From Clostridiales bacterium (GTDB lineage: Bacteria > Bacillota > Clostridia > Lachnospirales > CAG-274): DNA of 33,226 nucleotides. The position numbers and the translations under genes were made by a program. Position 1 is the stretch's first letter; each line of letters opens with the position of its first letter. Shown piece after piece: positions 14,169 to 24,170 of the stretch. The DNA lies in the NCBI GenBank assembly GCA_021202835.1, contig JAJQCI010000255.1:2185-35410 (forward strand), given 5' to 3'. Under the pieces are notes generated by a model. It was given only the letters and a program-made list of their open reading frames with translations, made no database searches and had not been told where the DNA came from.

Positions 14169-16106
14169 ATGGAAATTATGCTTGCAAAAACCGCCGGCTT
14201 TTGCCCCGGGGTTAAGAGAGCCGTTGAGGCGGTTTACGGAAATATAGGAAAAGAAAAAATGTATACCTACGGGCCTATTATTCACAATAAAATCGTTACC
14301 GGCGATTTGGAGGAAAAGGGTGTTAAGGCCATAAGTGATTTAAGCGAAGCCGAAGAGGGAGCCACAATTGTTATTCGTTCCCACGGGGTTCCGCCGGAGG
14401 TTTATGAAGAAATTGAAAAGAGGGGCTTTAAATATATCGATTTGACCTGCGGCTATGTTAAAAAAATTCATAATATTGTCAGGGATAATTATAATGAAGG
14501 AAGAAGCATAATAATAGTAGGAAGCTCTGTTCATCCGGAGGTCGTCGGCATAAACGGATACAGCAGAAACTCTGCCTTTATTATAGAAAAGCCGGAGGAT
14601 GTAAAAGATTTGAGTCTGGAGCCGGAGGGAAAATATGCCCTTGTGGTTCAGACAACCTTTAACGCCGGGCTGTTTGATGAAATTTTGAAGCTGCTGCCTG
14701 AAGGTATTGACATAAAAATATTCAATACGATTTGTTCCGCTACGGCCGCAAGACAGAAGGAAGCTGTCGAAATTGCCAAAAAAGCCGACTGGATGATTGT
14801 TTTAGGTGATAAAAACAGCTCCAATACACAAAAACTCTTCAGCATAAGTGAAAAATTTTGCAAAAACACATTTTTATTTGAAAAAATTTACACAAAACAG
14901 TTGAAATGTTTAAAGAAAAATGTTAAAATAGGAATAACAGCCGGAGCGAGTACACCGCCCGGTATAATCGAGGAGGCAATAAAAACCATGAGTGATGAAA
15001 ACAAAACATTTGAAGAAATGCTTAACGATACGCCTTTAAGCCTTAGAAGCGGCAAGGTTGTTAAGGGAACTGTTATCAGTGTAACAGACAAAGGCGAGGT
15101 ATTCGTTAATTTGGGATTCAAATATGAGGGAATTATCGAGAGAAGTGAATTTTCCGATGATGTTAATGTGAATCCTGCCGACGTAGTTAAAGAAGGCGAC
15201 GAAATTGAAGTTTATATAAAGAGAGTAAACGACAATGACGGTATTGTAGAGCTTTCTAAGAAATACTGCGACAAGTCGAAGACTTTTGATGCTTTAAAGG
15301 AAGCTTTCGACAACAACACCGTTGTTACGGGCAAGGTTTTAAACGTTGTAAAAGGCGGCCTTATGGTAAATATTCTCGGCGGAAGAGTTTTTGTACCTTC
15401 TTCACAGGTTTCAAACAGATTTGTTGAGGATTTAACCAAGTTCGTAGGTCAGGAGCTTGATTTTAACATCATTGAATGCACAGACAAGCCCAAGAGACGT
15501 ATCGTAGCCGGAAGAAGAGCCCTTGTTGAAAAACAGATTGAAGAAAGAAGACAGCAGCTCTTCGATTCTCTTGAGGTTGGTTCAAGAGTTGAAGGTACTG
15601 TAAGCCGTATCGTTGAGTTCGGTGCTTTCGTTGATTTGGGCGGAGTTGACGGTCTTATCCATATTTCCGAAATGTCATGGGGCATAGTAAAGAAGGTTTC
15701 CGACATTCTTTCAAGAGGCGACAAGGTTGTTGTTACTATTCTTGACATTAACAAGGAAAAGGGCAAAATCTCCTTATCTCTTAAGGATATAAACGCTAAT
15801 CCCTGGAATAACGCCGCTGAAAAATATGCAGTAGGCAATATTGTAACAGGCAAGGTTGTAAGAATGGTTTCCTTCGGTGCTTTTGTTGAGCTTGAAGAAG
15901 GTATCGACGGTCTTGTTCATATTTCACAGATTGCTTTCAAGCACGTTGAAAAGCCCGAAGACGAACTCCAGATCGGTCAGGAAATTACCGCTAAGGTTAC
16001 AGAGCTTGACCTTGAAAACAAGAAAATCAGCTTAAGCATTAAGGCTGCTATCGACAAAAACGCCAAGAGCGAAGAAGCGGCTCCTGCTGAAACAACAGAA
16101 GAATAA
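14169..16106 (+). CDS. ispH: Bifunctional 4-hydroxy-3-methylbut-2-enyl diphosphate reductase / ribosomal protein S1-like (four S1 domains)
   Basis: The N-terminus LAKTAGFCPGVKRAV...IRSHGV...DLTCGYVKKIH...VVQTT...NTICSAT..RQ...LGDKNSSNT is IspH. The C-terminal half carries repeated S1 motifs (G.V..V...G.FV.L.G..G..H.SE). Confidence 0.9.
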   Translation: MEIMLAKTAGFCPGVKRAVEAVYGNIGKEKMYTYGPIIHNKIVTGDLEEKGVKAISDLSEAEEGATIVIRSHGVPPEVYEEIEKRGFKYIDLTCGYVKKIHNIVRDNYNEGRSIIIVGSSVHPEVVGINGYSRNSAFIIEKPEDVKDLSLEPEGKYALVVQTTFNAGLFDEILKLLPEGIDIKIFNTICSATAARQKEAVEIAKKADWMIVLGDKNSSNTQKLFSISEKFCKNTFLFEKIYTKQLKCLKKNVKIGITAGASTPPGIIEEAIKTMSDENKTFEEMLNDTPLSLRSGKVVKGTVISVTDKGEVFVNLGFKYEGIIERSEFSDDVNVNPADVVKEGDEIEVYIKRVNDNDGIVELSKKYCDKSKTFDALKEAFDNNTVVTGKVLNVVKGGLMVNILGGRVFVPSSQVSNRFVEDLTKFVGQELDFNIIECTDKPKRRIVAGRRALVEKQIEERRQQLFDSLEVGSRVEGTVSRIVEFGAFVDLGGVDGLIHISEMSWGIVKKVSDILSRGDKVVVTILDINKEKGKISLSLKDINANPWNNAAEKYAVGNIVTGKVVRMVSFGAFVELEEGIDGLVHISQIAFKHVEKPEDELQIGQEITAKVTELDLENKKISLSIKAAIDKNAKSEEAAPAETTEE

Positions 16107-16112
16107 TTTTTT

Positions 16113-16146
16113 AATCGGCTCGGCATTGTCTTGAGCCGATTTTTTA
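16113..16146 (+). terminator. Rho-independent terminator (first of a tandem pair)
   Basis: AATCGGCTC, an 11-nt loop, then GAGCCGATT. The 9-bp stem is perfect and is followed by a T-run to 16145. Confidence 0.75.
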
Positions 16147-16170
16147 ATGCACTCGGTGAGTGCATTTTCT
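16146..16170 (+). terminator. Second hairpin/terminator
   Basis: AATGCACTC-ggt-GAGTGCATT (perfect 9 bp) followed by TTCT. Confidence 0.55.
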
Positions 16171-16351
16171 AACGGAAAAAATTTTCGAATATGCCCGGCA
16201 GTCTGAGCCGGGGGTGTCATATATTTATTCTGATAAATTCATTATCGGTGAAAAAGCCGGAAAGTATAGCAGAAGATAATACGAATTTCTGTCATTCAAC
16301 AAAAAACTGTGTTAATTGGCTCAAAATTATATTAAAATGAATTTAAAATCA

Positions 16352-16379
16352 TTGACTTTTTCGGGATTTATAGTATAAT
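16352..16379 (+). promoter_or_regulatory. Sigma-A-type promoter of the envelope glycopolymer operon
   Basis: -35 TTGACT (16352-16357), 16-nt spacer, consensus -10 TATAAT (16374-16379). Confidence 0.6.
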
Positions 16380-16438
16380 TGAATCTATGATGGTTTTCGG
16401 CGCAGGACGGAGTGCGCTTAATTAAGGAGTTGGAAGGT

Positions 16439-17926
16439 ATGGAGCGGAGTTCCGGCAAGGGGGCTATGGCTAAGGACACAGTTATATATATGCTGGCGAA
16501 GGGCTGTGAGGGCGTTGTAGGCGTTTTGACGGTTTCGGCTATGTCAAGGATATATGTGCCCGAGCAGATGGGCATATATTCAACGGTTAACATTGCCGTT
16601 ACCACAATAGCTATGTTTGCCTGTCAGTGGCTTGTTCAGTCTGTTATGAGATATATAAACAAATATGAAATGAGCGGCCGGCTTAAGGAGTTTTATTCAA
16701 CGGCTTTCTTTTCATGGGTCAGGGTGAACCTTGCCATTATATTTTTGGCGGCGGTTTTCCTTCTGTTTATAACAAACAGCGGCTCAGGCTTTTTGGAGGC
16801 CTACAGTATGCCGGTTCTTGTTTCGGCAGGGTTTATGTTTATAACCTACAGCGCAGCCCAGCTTGTCATTGCCATGCTGGCGGCTGTCAGACGGGCTAAA
16901 ACGAACTTGTTTTTGTCTGTTGTAAATATATGCGGCAAGCTTGTTTTGCTTGTTGTTTTAAACAGGCTTTTTGGCAGCAGAGTTGAATTCATATTTATAA
17001 GCTACTGTCTTTTGGATTTGTTTTCAACGGTTTTCGGTGTATACAAGCTTGATATGTTTAAATATATCGACAGAAGGGGCTTTGACAAAGAGGTCTTCGC
17101 CGATTTGTTTGCCTACGGCTTTCCCCTTATGGGAAATCTCATAACAACACAGATTTTAAACAAGTCTGATGTTTATATTATAACCTTTTTTCAGGGAAAG
17201 GGCGCAGCAGGCATTTATTCAACGAATTATTCACTTGTTTCCTCAGCCTTTACCATGCTTTCGGCGGCTGTTATGAGGGGGAGCTATCCCACGATTTTAA
17301 GAACATGGTCGGAGGGAAGAAAGGAGCAGGCCGGGCTTTTGGTAAACGAGGCTGTCAGAATGTATCTCATTTTGGGGGTTCCTGCGGTCTGCGGAGTTTT
17401 TGCCCTTCAGGACGTTATAAGCGGCGTTTTGTTTGCGGCGGAATATCACAGCGGCAACATTATAATGGGGCCCGTTGCTTTGGGCATGATGTTTTTGGCC
17501 GTTACCGAATACAGCATAAAGGGCTGGGAGCTTAACGCCATGACAAAGCAGATTTTTTACAGAAGTCTTATAGGCGGAGCCGTGAATGTTGTTATAAACC
17601 TTATATTTGTTCCCGTTTTCGGTATAATTACGGCGGCTGTTTCCACATTTTTGGGTTTTTTTGTTTATTTTCTCCTTGCCAGATTCGGCACGAGAAAGCT
17701 TCTCAGGTTCAGGCTGCCTCTCAAAACCTATATAAGAATTATAGGCAGCGGACTTTTGATGTGGCTTGTACTTATTATTATTAAGAATATTTTACCGAGA
17801 AATATTATTGCCCTGGGGGCTATGGTTATTTTCGGTATCATTATATATTTTGGAACACTTGTTTTAAGCGGCGAGGTTAAAGAAGAGCTTCAGACGCTTT
17901 TAAAAAAGAAAGGAAGGTCTGTATGA
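16439..17926 (+). CDS. Wzx-type oligosaccharide/polysaccharide flippase (MOP superfamily)
   Basis: ~14 predicted hydrophobic helices and polysaccharide-biosynthesis-protein-like spacing. I prefer ATG 16439 (SD AAGGAG at 16424-16429, 9-nt spacing) over the ORF-track GTG at 16412. Confidence 0.8.
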   Translation: MERSSGKGAMAKDTVIYMLAKGCEGVVGVLTVSAMSRIYVPEQMGIYSTVNIAVTTIAMFACQWLVQSVMRYINKYEMSGRLKEFYSTAFFSWVRVNLAIIFLAAVFLLFITNSGSGFLEAYSMPVLVSAGFMFITYSAAQLVIAMLAAVRRAKTNLFLSVVNICGKLVLLVVLNRLFGSRVEFIFISYCLLDLFSTVFGVYKLDMFKYIDRRGFDKEVFADLFAYGFPLMGNLITTQILNKSDVYIITFFQGKGAAGIYSTNYSLVSSAFTMLSAAVMRGSYPTILRTWSEGRKEQAGLLVNEAVRMYLILGVPAVCGVFALQDVISGVLFAAEYHSGNIIMGPVALGMMFLAVTEYSIKGWELNAMTKQIFYRSLIGGAVNVVINLIFVPVFGIITAAVSTFLGFFVYFLLARFGTRKLLRFRLPLKTYIRIIGSGLLMWLVLIIIKNILPRNIIALGAMVIFGIIIYFGTLVLSGEVKEELQTLLKKKGRSV

Positions 17927-19179
17927 AAAGTATTTGCGTAGTTGGTATAGGGTATGTGGGGCTTCCCACAGCGGCTATGTTTGCCTCAAGGGGGCACAGA
18001 GTCGTAGGCTTTGACGTAAACAAAAAGGCCGTAAACGCCCTTAATAAAGGCAAGATTATTATAGAAGAGCCGGGTCTTAAGGACCTTGTTAAACAAACTG
18101 TTGAAAGCGGCCTGCTTTCGGGAACGACAGAGTGTCCCGATGACTGCGATGTTTATATCATTGCCGTGCCTACACCTATTAATCCCGATAAAACAGCGGA
18201 TATGAGATATGTTGAGGCTGCAACGAGAACAATTACTCCCTGTCTTAGGGAGGGAAACATTGTTGTTTTGGAGTCAACCTCACCTCCGAGAACAGTTGAG
18301 GACCTTATGCTCCCCATACTTTCCGAATCCGGCCTTGTTATGGGCGAACAGGTTTATGTTGCCCATTCTCCCGAAAGAATTCTTCCCGGTCAGATTCTCT
18401 ATGAGCTGAGAACAAACAGCCGTATCGTCGGGGGAATAAACGAAAAATCCTCACAGGCCGTTAAGGAGCTTTATTCGGATATCTGCGAGGGCGAAATCTG
18501 TTTGACAACAGCCACAACGGCCGAAATGTGCAAGCTTATGGAAAATACCTTCAGAGACGTTAATATTGCTCTTGCAAACGAGCTTGCAAAAATGTCCGAA
18601 GAGCTTGGGGTTAACGCATGGGAGGTTATAGAGCTTGCGAACAAACACCCCAGAGTAAATCTGCACCAGCCCGGCCCGGGAGTAGGCGGCCACTGTATCG
18701 CCCTTGACCCCTGGTTCCTTGTTGAAAAGAGTAAAAACGCCCTTCTTATACATCAGGGCAGACTTATAAACGACTCTATGCCCCGGTATGTTCTTGAAAA
18801 AATAAGAACGGCATTAGGGGGCTTTAACGGTCAGCTTGTTACTCTTTTGGGCGTTACATACAAGCCAAACATCGACGACGTAAGAGAATCGCCCATTATG
18901 AAGCTTTGGGGGCTTTTAAAGAAAGAAAATGTTGCCGTAAATGTATGTGACAGCCATGCCAATGAAAAAATAGGCTGTATAAACAATGTTTACGCAGCCA
19001 GCGACAGGGCTTCAATTGTTGTGCTCTGTGTAAACCATGATGAATTTAAGGATATAGATTTTGATAAGCTTAAGGAGGTTATGTCGGGGGACATAATTTT
19101 GGATACCCGTAATTTCTTCGACAAGGATTTGCTTGAAAGCAAGGGCTTCAAATATATGTTGCTTGGAAACGGCAGATAA
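17923..19179 (+). CDS. wecC: UDP-N-acetyl-D-mannosamine dehydrogenase
   Basis: Collinear with E. coli WecC as I recall it: VVGIGYVGLPTAAMFASRGH.VVGFDVN, IIAVPTP, VVLESTSPPRT, SPERILPGQ, TAEMCKLMENTFRDVNIALANEL, HPRVNLHQPGPGVGGHCIALDPWF, YKPNIDDVRESP. Confidence 0.9.
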   Translation: MKSICVVGIGYVGLPTAAMFASRGHRVVGFDVNKKAVNALNKGKIIIEEPGLKDLVKQTVESGLLSGTTECPDDCDVYIIAVPTPINPDKTADMRYVEAATRTITPCLREGNIVVLESTSPPRTVEDLMLPILSESGLVMGEQVYVAHSPERILPGQILYELRTNSRIVGGINEKSSQAVKELYSDICEGEICLTTATTAEMCKLMENTFRDVNIALANELAKMSEELGVNAWEVIELANKHPRVNLHQPGPGVGGHCIALDPWFLVEKSKNALLIHQGRLINDSMPRYVLEKIRTALGGFNGQLVTLLGVTYKPNIDDVRESPIMKLWGLLKKENVAVNVCDSHANEKIGCINNVYAASDRASIVVLCVNHDEFKDIDFDKLKEVMSGDIILDTRNFFDKDLLESKGFKYMLLGNGR

Positions 19180-19188
19180 ATATAAAAT

Positions 19189-20427
19189 ATGAAAAAAGTG
19201 CTTATAATTGCTAACCAGTTTCCACCTATGGGAGGCTCGGGAGTTCAGCGCAGCGTTAAGTTTGTTAAAAATTTAAGATATTTTGATTATGAGCCTGTAG
19301 TTCTTACAAGAACAGTGGGGAATATGCCTGTTAAAGACGAAACTCTTATGAAGGATATTCCCGAGGGGGTTAAAATATACAGAACCAAAGCCTTTGAAGC
19401 TCCGGAGCTTAAGGGGGCTCTGAGAATTCCCGGAAAGGTTTTGGGAAAGGTGACTGTGCCCGATTCTGCCTATTTTTGGTACATGGCTTCGAGAAAAAAG
19501 GCCCTTAAAATAATAGAGGAGGAGGGAATAGACATAGTATATTCAACCTCCGCCCCTTATTCCGACCACCTTTTGGGGCTTTATATAAAGAAGAAAACAG
19601 GCTTAAAATGGGTTGTTGATTTCAGAGACGAATGGACAAACAACCCCTATACCCTTGACGCCCCCTATAATCCTGTCAGGACGAGGGTTGAAAAGGGTAT
19701 GGAACACAGGGTTGTCACCGCAGCCGACAGAATTATTGCCAATTCTTCGGTTATGAGAGCCAATTTCATAAAAAACAACGGCCTTAGCGGAGATAATTTC
19801 TATGTCATACCAAACGGCTATGACAAGGAGGACTTTGATGATCTGGACTTGACGCCGCCTAAAAATCACAAATTTACTCTTGTGTATACAGGTGCGCTTT
19901 ACGGCAGAAGAAAGCCCGATGTTTTCTTTGAGGCCCTTTCTCAGCTTATAAAGGAAAACAAAATAGACAGGGAGTTAATCAGGGTTCAGCTTATAGGAAA
20001 CTATCACAAAGACAAGCTTCAGGCTCAGATTGACAGCTTCGGCTTGGGCGGTGTTGTTGAAATTGTGGGCTATGTTCCCCACGACGAATGTATAAGAAAA
20101 CAGCTTTCGGCCGACAGCCTTCTCCTTATTGAAGGCGGCGGCAGAGGGGCCGATGCTTTTTACACAGGCAAAGTTTTCGAATATATGAATACAGGCAGGC
20201 CCGTTCTTTCACTTCTGCCCGAAGGCGTAGCCAAGGATTTGGTTTTAAAAAGCGGTATAGGCCTTGTTTCGGAAACCTCTGATGTTGAGGGGGCTAAGAG
20301 AAATCTGCTTATATATTATAAGGATTGGAAAAAAGGCAGCCTAAGCTTCAAAGGCAACAGAAAGGTAATCGATAAATATGAGAGAAGGGTTTTGACAGGG
20401 CGGCTTGCAAGGATATTTGATAAATAG
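19189..20427 (+). CDS. Glycosyltransferase (GT-B fold, GT4-like)
   Basis: N-terminal IIANQFPPMGGSGVQRS and a C-terminal nucleotide-sugar-binding-like region (GKVFEYMNTGRPVLSL). Confidence 0.75.
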   Translation: MKKVLIIANQFPPMGGSGVQRSVKFVKNLRYFDYEPVVLTRTVGNMPVKDETLMKDIPEGVKIYRTKAFEAPELKGALRIPGKVLGKVTVPDSAYFWYMASRKKALKIIEEEGIDIVYSTSAPYSDHLLGLYIKKKTGLKWVVDFRDEWTNNPYTLDAPYNPVRTRVEKGMEHRVVTAADRIIANSSVMRANFIKNNGLSGDNFYVIPNGYDKEDFDDLDLTPPKNHKFTLVYTGALYGRRKPDVFFEALSQLIKENKIDRELIRVQLIGNYHKDKLQAQIDSFGLGGVVEIVGYVPHDECIRKQLSADSLLLIEGGGRGADAFYTGKVFEYMNTGRPVLSLLPEGVAKDLVLKSGIGLVSETSDVEGAKRNLLIYYKDWKKGSLSFKGNRKVIDKYERRVLTGRLARIFDK

Positions 20428-20446
20428 TAAAACCGAGGTGGTTTTT

Positions 20447-20914
20447 ATGACAAAGTGCAGAGTTTTGCTGTGGGTAATGATTATTGTTATGCTGTGTGTT
20501 ATTTTCGGCTTCTCGGCCCAGTCGGGGGAGTCGTCTGTTGCGCTTAGCAGCGCCGTTGCAAGTGAACAGCGTGTTTTAAACTCCAAATTCGCCGAGTGAG
20601 GAATTTCATATATAGACGATTTTATAAATAAACACTTAAGGTCTATGGCCCATTGCTTTCTATACCTTATACTTGCAATACTTGTTTTTACACAGTGCAG
20701 ACTTTATAAAGTAAAACCTCTTTGGGCTTTTGTTGTCGCTGTTGACTGTTGTCTTTTATACAGCCTGACTGACGAATTTCACCAAAGGTTTGTTGAGGGA
20801 AGAACCTCTTGTATCGGGGATGTCTGTGCCGACAGTTTAGGCGCCTGTATAGGGGCGGCACTGACACTTGTTTCGGAAAAGCTTTGCCGGTTATTTAAGG
20901 GAGCAGAAAAATGA
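20447..20914 (+). pseudogene. VanZ-like membrane protein interrupted by a single in-frame TGA (20597-20599)
   Basis: The N-terminal half LLWVMIIVMLCVIFGFSAQSGESSVALS and the C-terminal half LRSMAHCFLYLILAIL...DEFHQRFVEGRTSCIGDVCADSLGACIGA are the two conserved VanZ blocks. Both are in the same frame (20447 and 20645 are both 2 mod 3) with only the TGA between them. SD GAGGTG at 20435-20440. Confidence 0.7.
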
Positions 20915-22044
20915 AAGTAATTCACTTTATATCGGGGGGAGATACCGGAGGGGCAAAAACCCATGTTTTATCTCTTCTTAAAAATCTTTTAAAAATGAAT
21001 ACGGATGTTTCTCTGCTTTGTATTATGGAAGGAGTTTTTACCGAGGAAGCCCGTGAACTGGGTATTCCCGTAAAAATTATTCCCCAGAAAAAGCGCTATG
21101 ATATAAGGGTTTTTAAGAAAATTTCCCGTTATATAAACGAAAGCGGCGCCGATCTGGTTCATTGTCACGGAGCAAGGGCAAATTATATAACCATGTTTAT
21201 AAGGCACAGGGTTAAAATCCCCATGATTACGACTCTTCACAGTGACTATAAGCTTGATTTCGCCGGAAATTTCAAGAAAAACCTTATTTATACCCCTATA
21301 AATGCCTTTGCGCTGAGAAAATTTTCATGTATACTTACGGTTACAAAGGCCTTCAGAGATATGATGGAGGAGAGGGGCTTTAAGGCCGAAAGGCTTAAGG
21401 TTATCTATAACGGCATAGATATGGAAGATATACCTCCTGTTATGAGCCGGGCGGAATTTATAGAAAAATACTGCCCGAGGGAAGTGGGCGGAAAGTTTAT
21501 TGTAGGCATAGCGGCCCGTTTTCAGCCTGTTAAGGGTGTCGATATTTTTATAAAGGCGGCGGAACAGGTCTTGAAAAAGAGAAACGACACTGTCTTTATT
21601 ATTGCCGGCGACGGCGACGACGGAGATAGCCTTAAGGGTTATGTCAGAGAACACAATATAGAAGGAATTTATTTCCTGGGTCAGCTTCCCTCAGACATTA
21701 TAGACAGCTTTTACAATGCTCTTGACGTTAATGTTCTTTCGAGCTATTCCGAAAGCTTTCCCTATGCACTTTTGGAAGGGGGCCGAAGAAAAAAGGCGAC
21801 GGCCTCAACCCTAGCCGGCGGAGTAGGGGAAATGATTGAAAACGGAAAAACAGGCTTTTTGTCTCCCGTGGGAGATTTTGAAAGCCTGGGAGAAAACATA
21901 GACAGGCTTCTCGAAAGCAGAGAGCTTAGAGACAGCTTGGGCGAAAGCTTTTATAACAAAATAAAAAAAGATTTTTCACTTGTGTCTATGGCCCGAAGGC
22001 ACATTAAAATTTACAGTGAGGTAATTGAAAATGAAAAAACATAA
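20911..22044 (+). CDS. Glycosyltransferase family 4
   Basis: MKVIHFISGGDTGGAKTHVLSLL at the N-terminus and ESFPYALLEGG....AGGVGEMIENGKTGFL at the C-terminus (E-x7-E-like region). The ATGA start overlaps the VanZ stop. Confidence 0.85.
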   Translation: MKVIHFISGGDTGGAKTHVLSLLKNLLKMNTDVSLLCIMEGVFTEEARELGIPVKIIPQKKRYDIRVFKKISRYINESGADLVHCHGARANYITMFIRHRVKIPMITTLHSDYKLDFAGNFKKNLIYTPINAFALRKFSCILTVTKAFRDMMEERGFKAERLKVIYNGIDMEDIPPVMSRAEFIEKYCPREVGGKFIVGIAARFQPVKGVDIFIKAAEQVLKKRNDTVFIIAGDGDDGDSLKGYVREHNIEGIYFLGQLPSDIIDSFYNALDVNVLSSYSESFPYALLEGGRRKKATASTLAGGVGEMIENGKTGFLSPVGDFESLGENIDRLLESRELRDSLGESFYNKIKKDFSLVSMARRHIKIYSEVIENEKT

Positions 22045-22600
22045 ATTTAACATTATAGACATTATTGTTTTAATTGTTATTATAGCTGTTATTGCCGCAG
22101 TGGTTTACAGAGTTGTAAGTGTAAGCCACAATGTGGGAGATTCAAATCTTCTTTCCGAAGAACAGTATATGTATGTTGAGCTTTATGCAAACCAGGTTGT
22201 GCCCGAGGCGGTTGACACACTTAAACCGGGTGATCTTCTGGTGGCAAACGGAAAGCAGACAACAGGCGAGGTTGTGTATGTTGAGTCTGAGCCGGCCGCT
22301 TATATAGGGGTTGACTCTGACGGAAACACTGTTTTAACACAGCACCCCCTCTGGAAGGACCTCCACGTTATAATAAGAGACAAGGTGAACCCCTCAGAGG
22401 TTACTCTTAAGGCAGGAGAGCAGGATGTTAGGGTAAACTATACCTTTATTCTTAAAACACAGCAGTTTGAGGGAAACTCAAAGGTCAGAAACATAGAGTT
22501 TGTTCCCGTCGGCGAAGCTGAGAGTGTCGACCCCGAAACTATGTTCGGAGATATGAGCAGCTACGCAGAACTGGGCAGTTCGGCGGAAGACAGTGAGTAA
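22031..22600 (+). CDS. Single-pass membrane protein, DUF4330-like
   Basis: MKKHKFNIIDIIVLIVIIAVIAAVVY is an N-terminal anchor. It resembles my recollection of DUF4330 proteins from clostridial polysaccharide loci. I prefer ATG 22031 (GAGGT 9 nt upstream) over the TTG at 22025. Confidence 0.55.
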   Translation: MKKHKFNIIDIIVLIVIIAVIAAVVYRVVSVSHNVGDSNLLSEEQYMYVELYANQVVPEAVDTLKPGDLLVANGKQTTGEVVYVESEPAAYIGVDSDGNTVLTQHPLWKDLHVIIRDKVNPSEVTLKAGEQDVRVNYTFILKTQQFEGNSKVRNIEFVPVGEAESVDPETMFGDMSSYAELGSSAEDSE

Positions 22601-22624
22601 AGCCTTGATTTTTGGGGTGATATT

Positions 22625-24145
22625 ATGAATTTTAAGGAAAGCCTGACAGGCGGTTTAATATTTTGGTTTTTGAACGCCTATGAAGAAAGCAGCTTGAAAA
22701 AAGCCTTAAGCGCCTTTGGCGGCCTTGTTAAAGAAAGCTGTATTTACGGCCTTATGAGAAAATATGTTCATTCGGGGGCTTATGTTTTAGACAGCGGAAT
22801 TGTGTCTGTTTTTAATATTATTTTAGGGCTTTTCGCCGGCCTCTGCGACAGGGCGGAGGGGCTTATTGAGGGCAGCCTTGTGTTCCGACTTTTAAGGAAA
22901 ATAACAGAGCATAAGGAGATATTTTTATATATTCTTATTTCCTACCCCTTTACAGACCTTATTATAAGAAAAACAGCCGGTATTCTGGCAGGCCCCTGGG
23001 ACGAGCTTTATTTCTTCGGTCTTCTGCTTATTCTCATACTTGATTTTATATATAACCACAAGGGGAGAAAATATGTTGTTTCGCCTTTAAACCTGCCGGT
23101 TATAATATTTCTGGCGGTGATGTTCGGCTGTTATTTCGTTGTTTCTCCCGACAGAACAATAGGCTTTGAGGGTATGAGGGCTGTCTGTGAATATATATTT
23201 TGGTTTTTCCTTGTTCTTAAGCTTTGCGACAGTGACGAAACAGGGAAAAGACTTTGTATCTGCTTATTTTTGGTTATAGGCATAATGGCTGTTCACGGTA
23301 TATATCAGTATATAGTTGCGGTGCCTATGCCCTCTTCATGGGTTGACCATAACGAAGCCGGAGTAAGAACAAGAGTTTATTCGATTCTCACAAGCCCCAA
23401 CGTTTTGGGAAGCCTTTTCACGCTGACTATACCCATAGGCGCGGGCCTGTTCCTTGAAGAAAAAAACAAGGCCAAAAAGGCGTTTTATGCTGTTGTTATA
23501 CTGTGTATGCTGGCTTCGCTTGCCTTTACGTTTTCAAGAGGGGCATGGATGGGTTTTATGGCGGCAGTTATAATATTCGTGCTGTTTTATGACGCAAGGC
23601 TTCTCGTCCCAGTGTTGGCTCTGGCGGTTTTGGCTGTGTTTCTGGTTCCCGAGGTGGGAAACAGAATAAGCTATATGTTAAGCGCCGACTATATAGAGTC
23701 ATCTATGAACGGAGGCAGGCTCATAAGGTGGATTGACGGCTTAAGCGTCTGGGCCTACGGAAAGCTGACAGGTGTTGGCCTGGGCCATTTCGGCGGCGCC
23801 GTAGCCATAAACCACGGTATGCAGTATCTTGTGGGCTATGAATATATAGATACATTTTATATGGACAACTATTATTTAAAAACAATGATAGAAACGGGAG
23901 TAGTAGGGCTTTTTGCCTTTATATTCCTTATGTATCAGGTGTTTATAAACTCCGCCAGAGCCGTTAAAGCTTCTGCGGAGAACAAATATTTAAAAATAGG
24001 CATAATGTCGGGGCTCTTCGGCATAATTATTCACAATCTTGTTGAAAATATTTTCGAGGTTCCCCTTATGTCTACGGAATTTTGGATTTTTGCGGCTGTT
24101 TTAATGTCATTTTGGTATAGAAAGGCCGCCGGAAAATCGGCTTAA
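22625..24145 (+). CDS. O-antigen ligase / Wzy_C-domain polytopic membrane protein (polymerase, ligase or O-oligosaccharyltransferase)
   Basis: Twelve or more hydrophobic helices and the Wzy_C-type motif FTFSRGAWMGF followed by a large loop. Confidence 0.8.
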   Translation: MNFKESLTGGLIFWFLNAYEESSLKKALSAFGGLVKESCIYGLMRKYVHSGAYVLDSGIVSVFNIILGLFAGLCDRAEGLIEGSLVFRLLRKITEHKEIFLYILISYPFTDLIIRKTAGILAGPWDELYFFGLLLILILDFIYNHKGRKYVVSPLNLPVIIFLAVMFGCYFVVSPDRTIGFEGMRAVCEYIFWFFLVLKLCDSDETGKRLCICLFLVIGIMAVHGIYQYIVAVPMPSSWVDHNEAGVRTRVYSILTSPNVLGSLFTLTIPIGAGLFLEEKNKAKKAFYAVVILCMLASLAFTFSRGAWMGFMAAVIIFVLFYDARLLVPVLALAVLAVFLVPEVGNRISYMLSADYIESSMNGGRLIRWIDGLSVWAYGKLTGVGLGHFGGAVAINHGMQYLVGYEYIDTFYMDNYYLKTMIETGVVGLFAFIFLMYQVFINSARAVKASAENKYLKIGIMSGLFGIIIHNLVENIFEVPLMSTEFWIFAAVLMSFWYRKAAGKSA

Positions 24146-24170
24146 CTGATAAGAGAAAAGAGAGAACGCT

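Noticed and set aside
16194-16212. The CCCGGC-agtctga-GCCGGG hairpin in the 16107-16411 intergenic region as a small RNA or tRNA fragment.
   Set aside because: The stem is only 6 bp, with no T-run, no cloverleaf and no flanking promoter. It is insufficient evidence.
20597-20599. In-frame TGA in the VanZ-like gene as evidence of genetic-code reassignment or selenocysteine.
   Set aside because: TGA clearly terminates rnhA (11894-11896), the flippase gene (17924-17926) and the VanZ-like gene itself (20912-20914) at ATGA overlap junctions, so the standard code 11 applies. The sequence just downstream of the TGA (GGAATTTCATATATAGACGATTTTATAAAT) is AT-rich with no SECIS-like hairpin.
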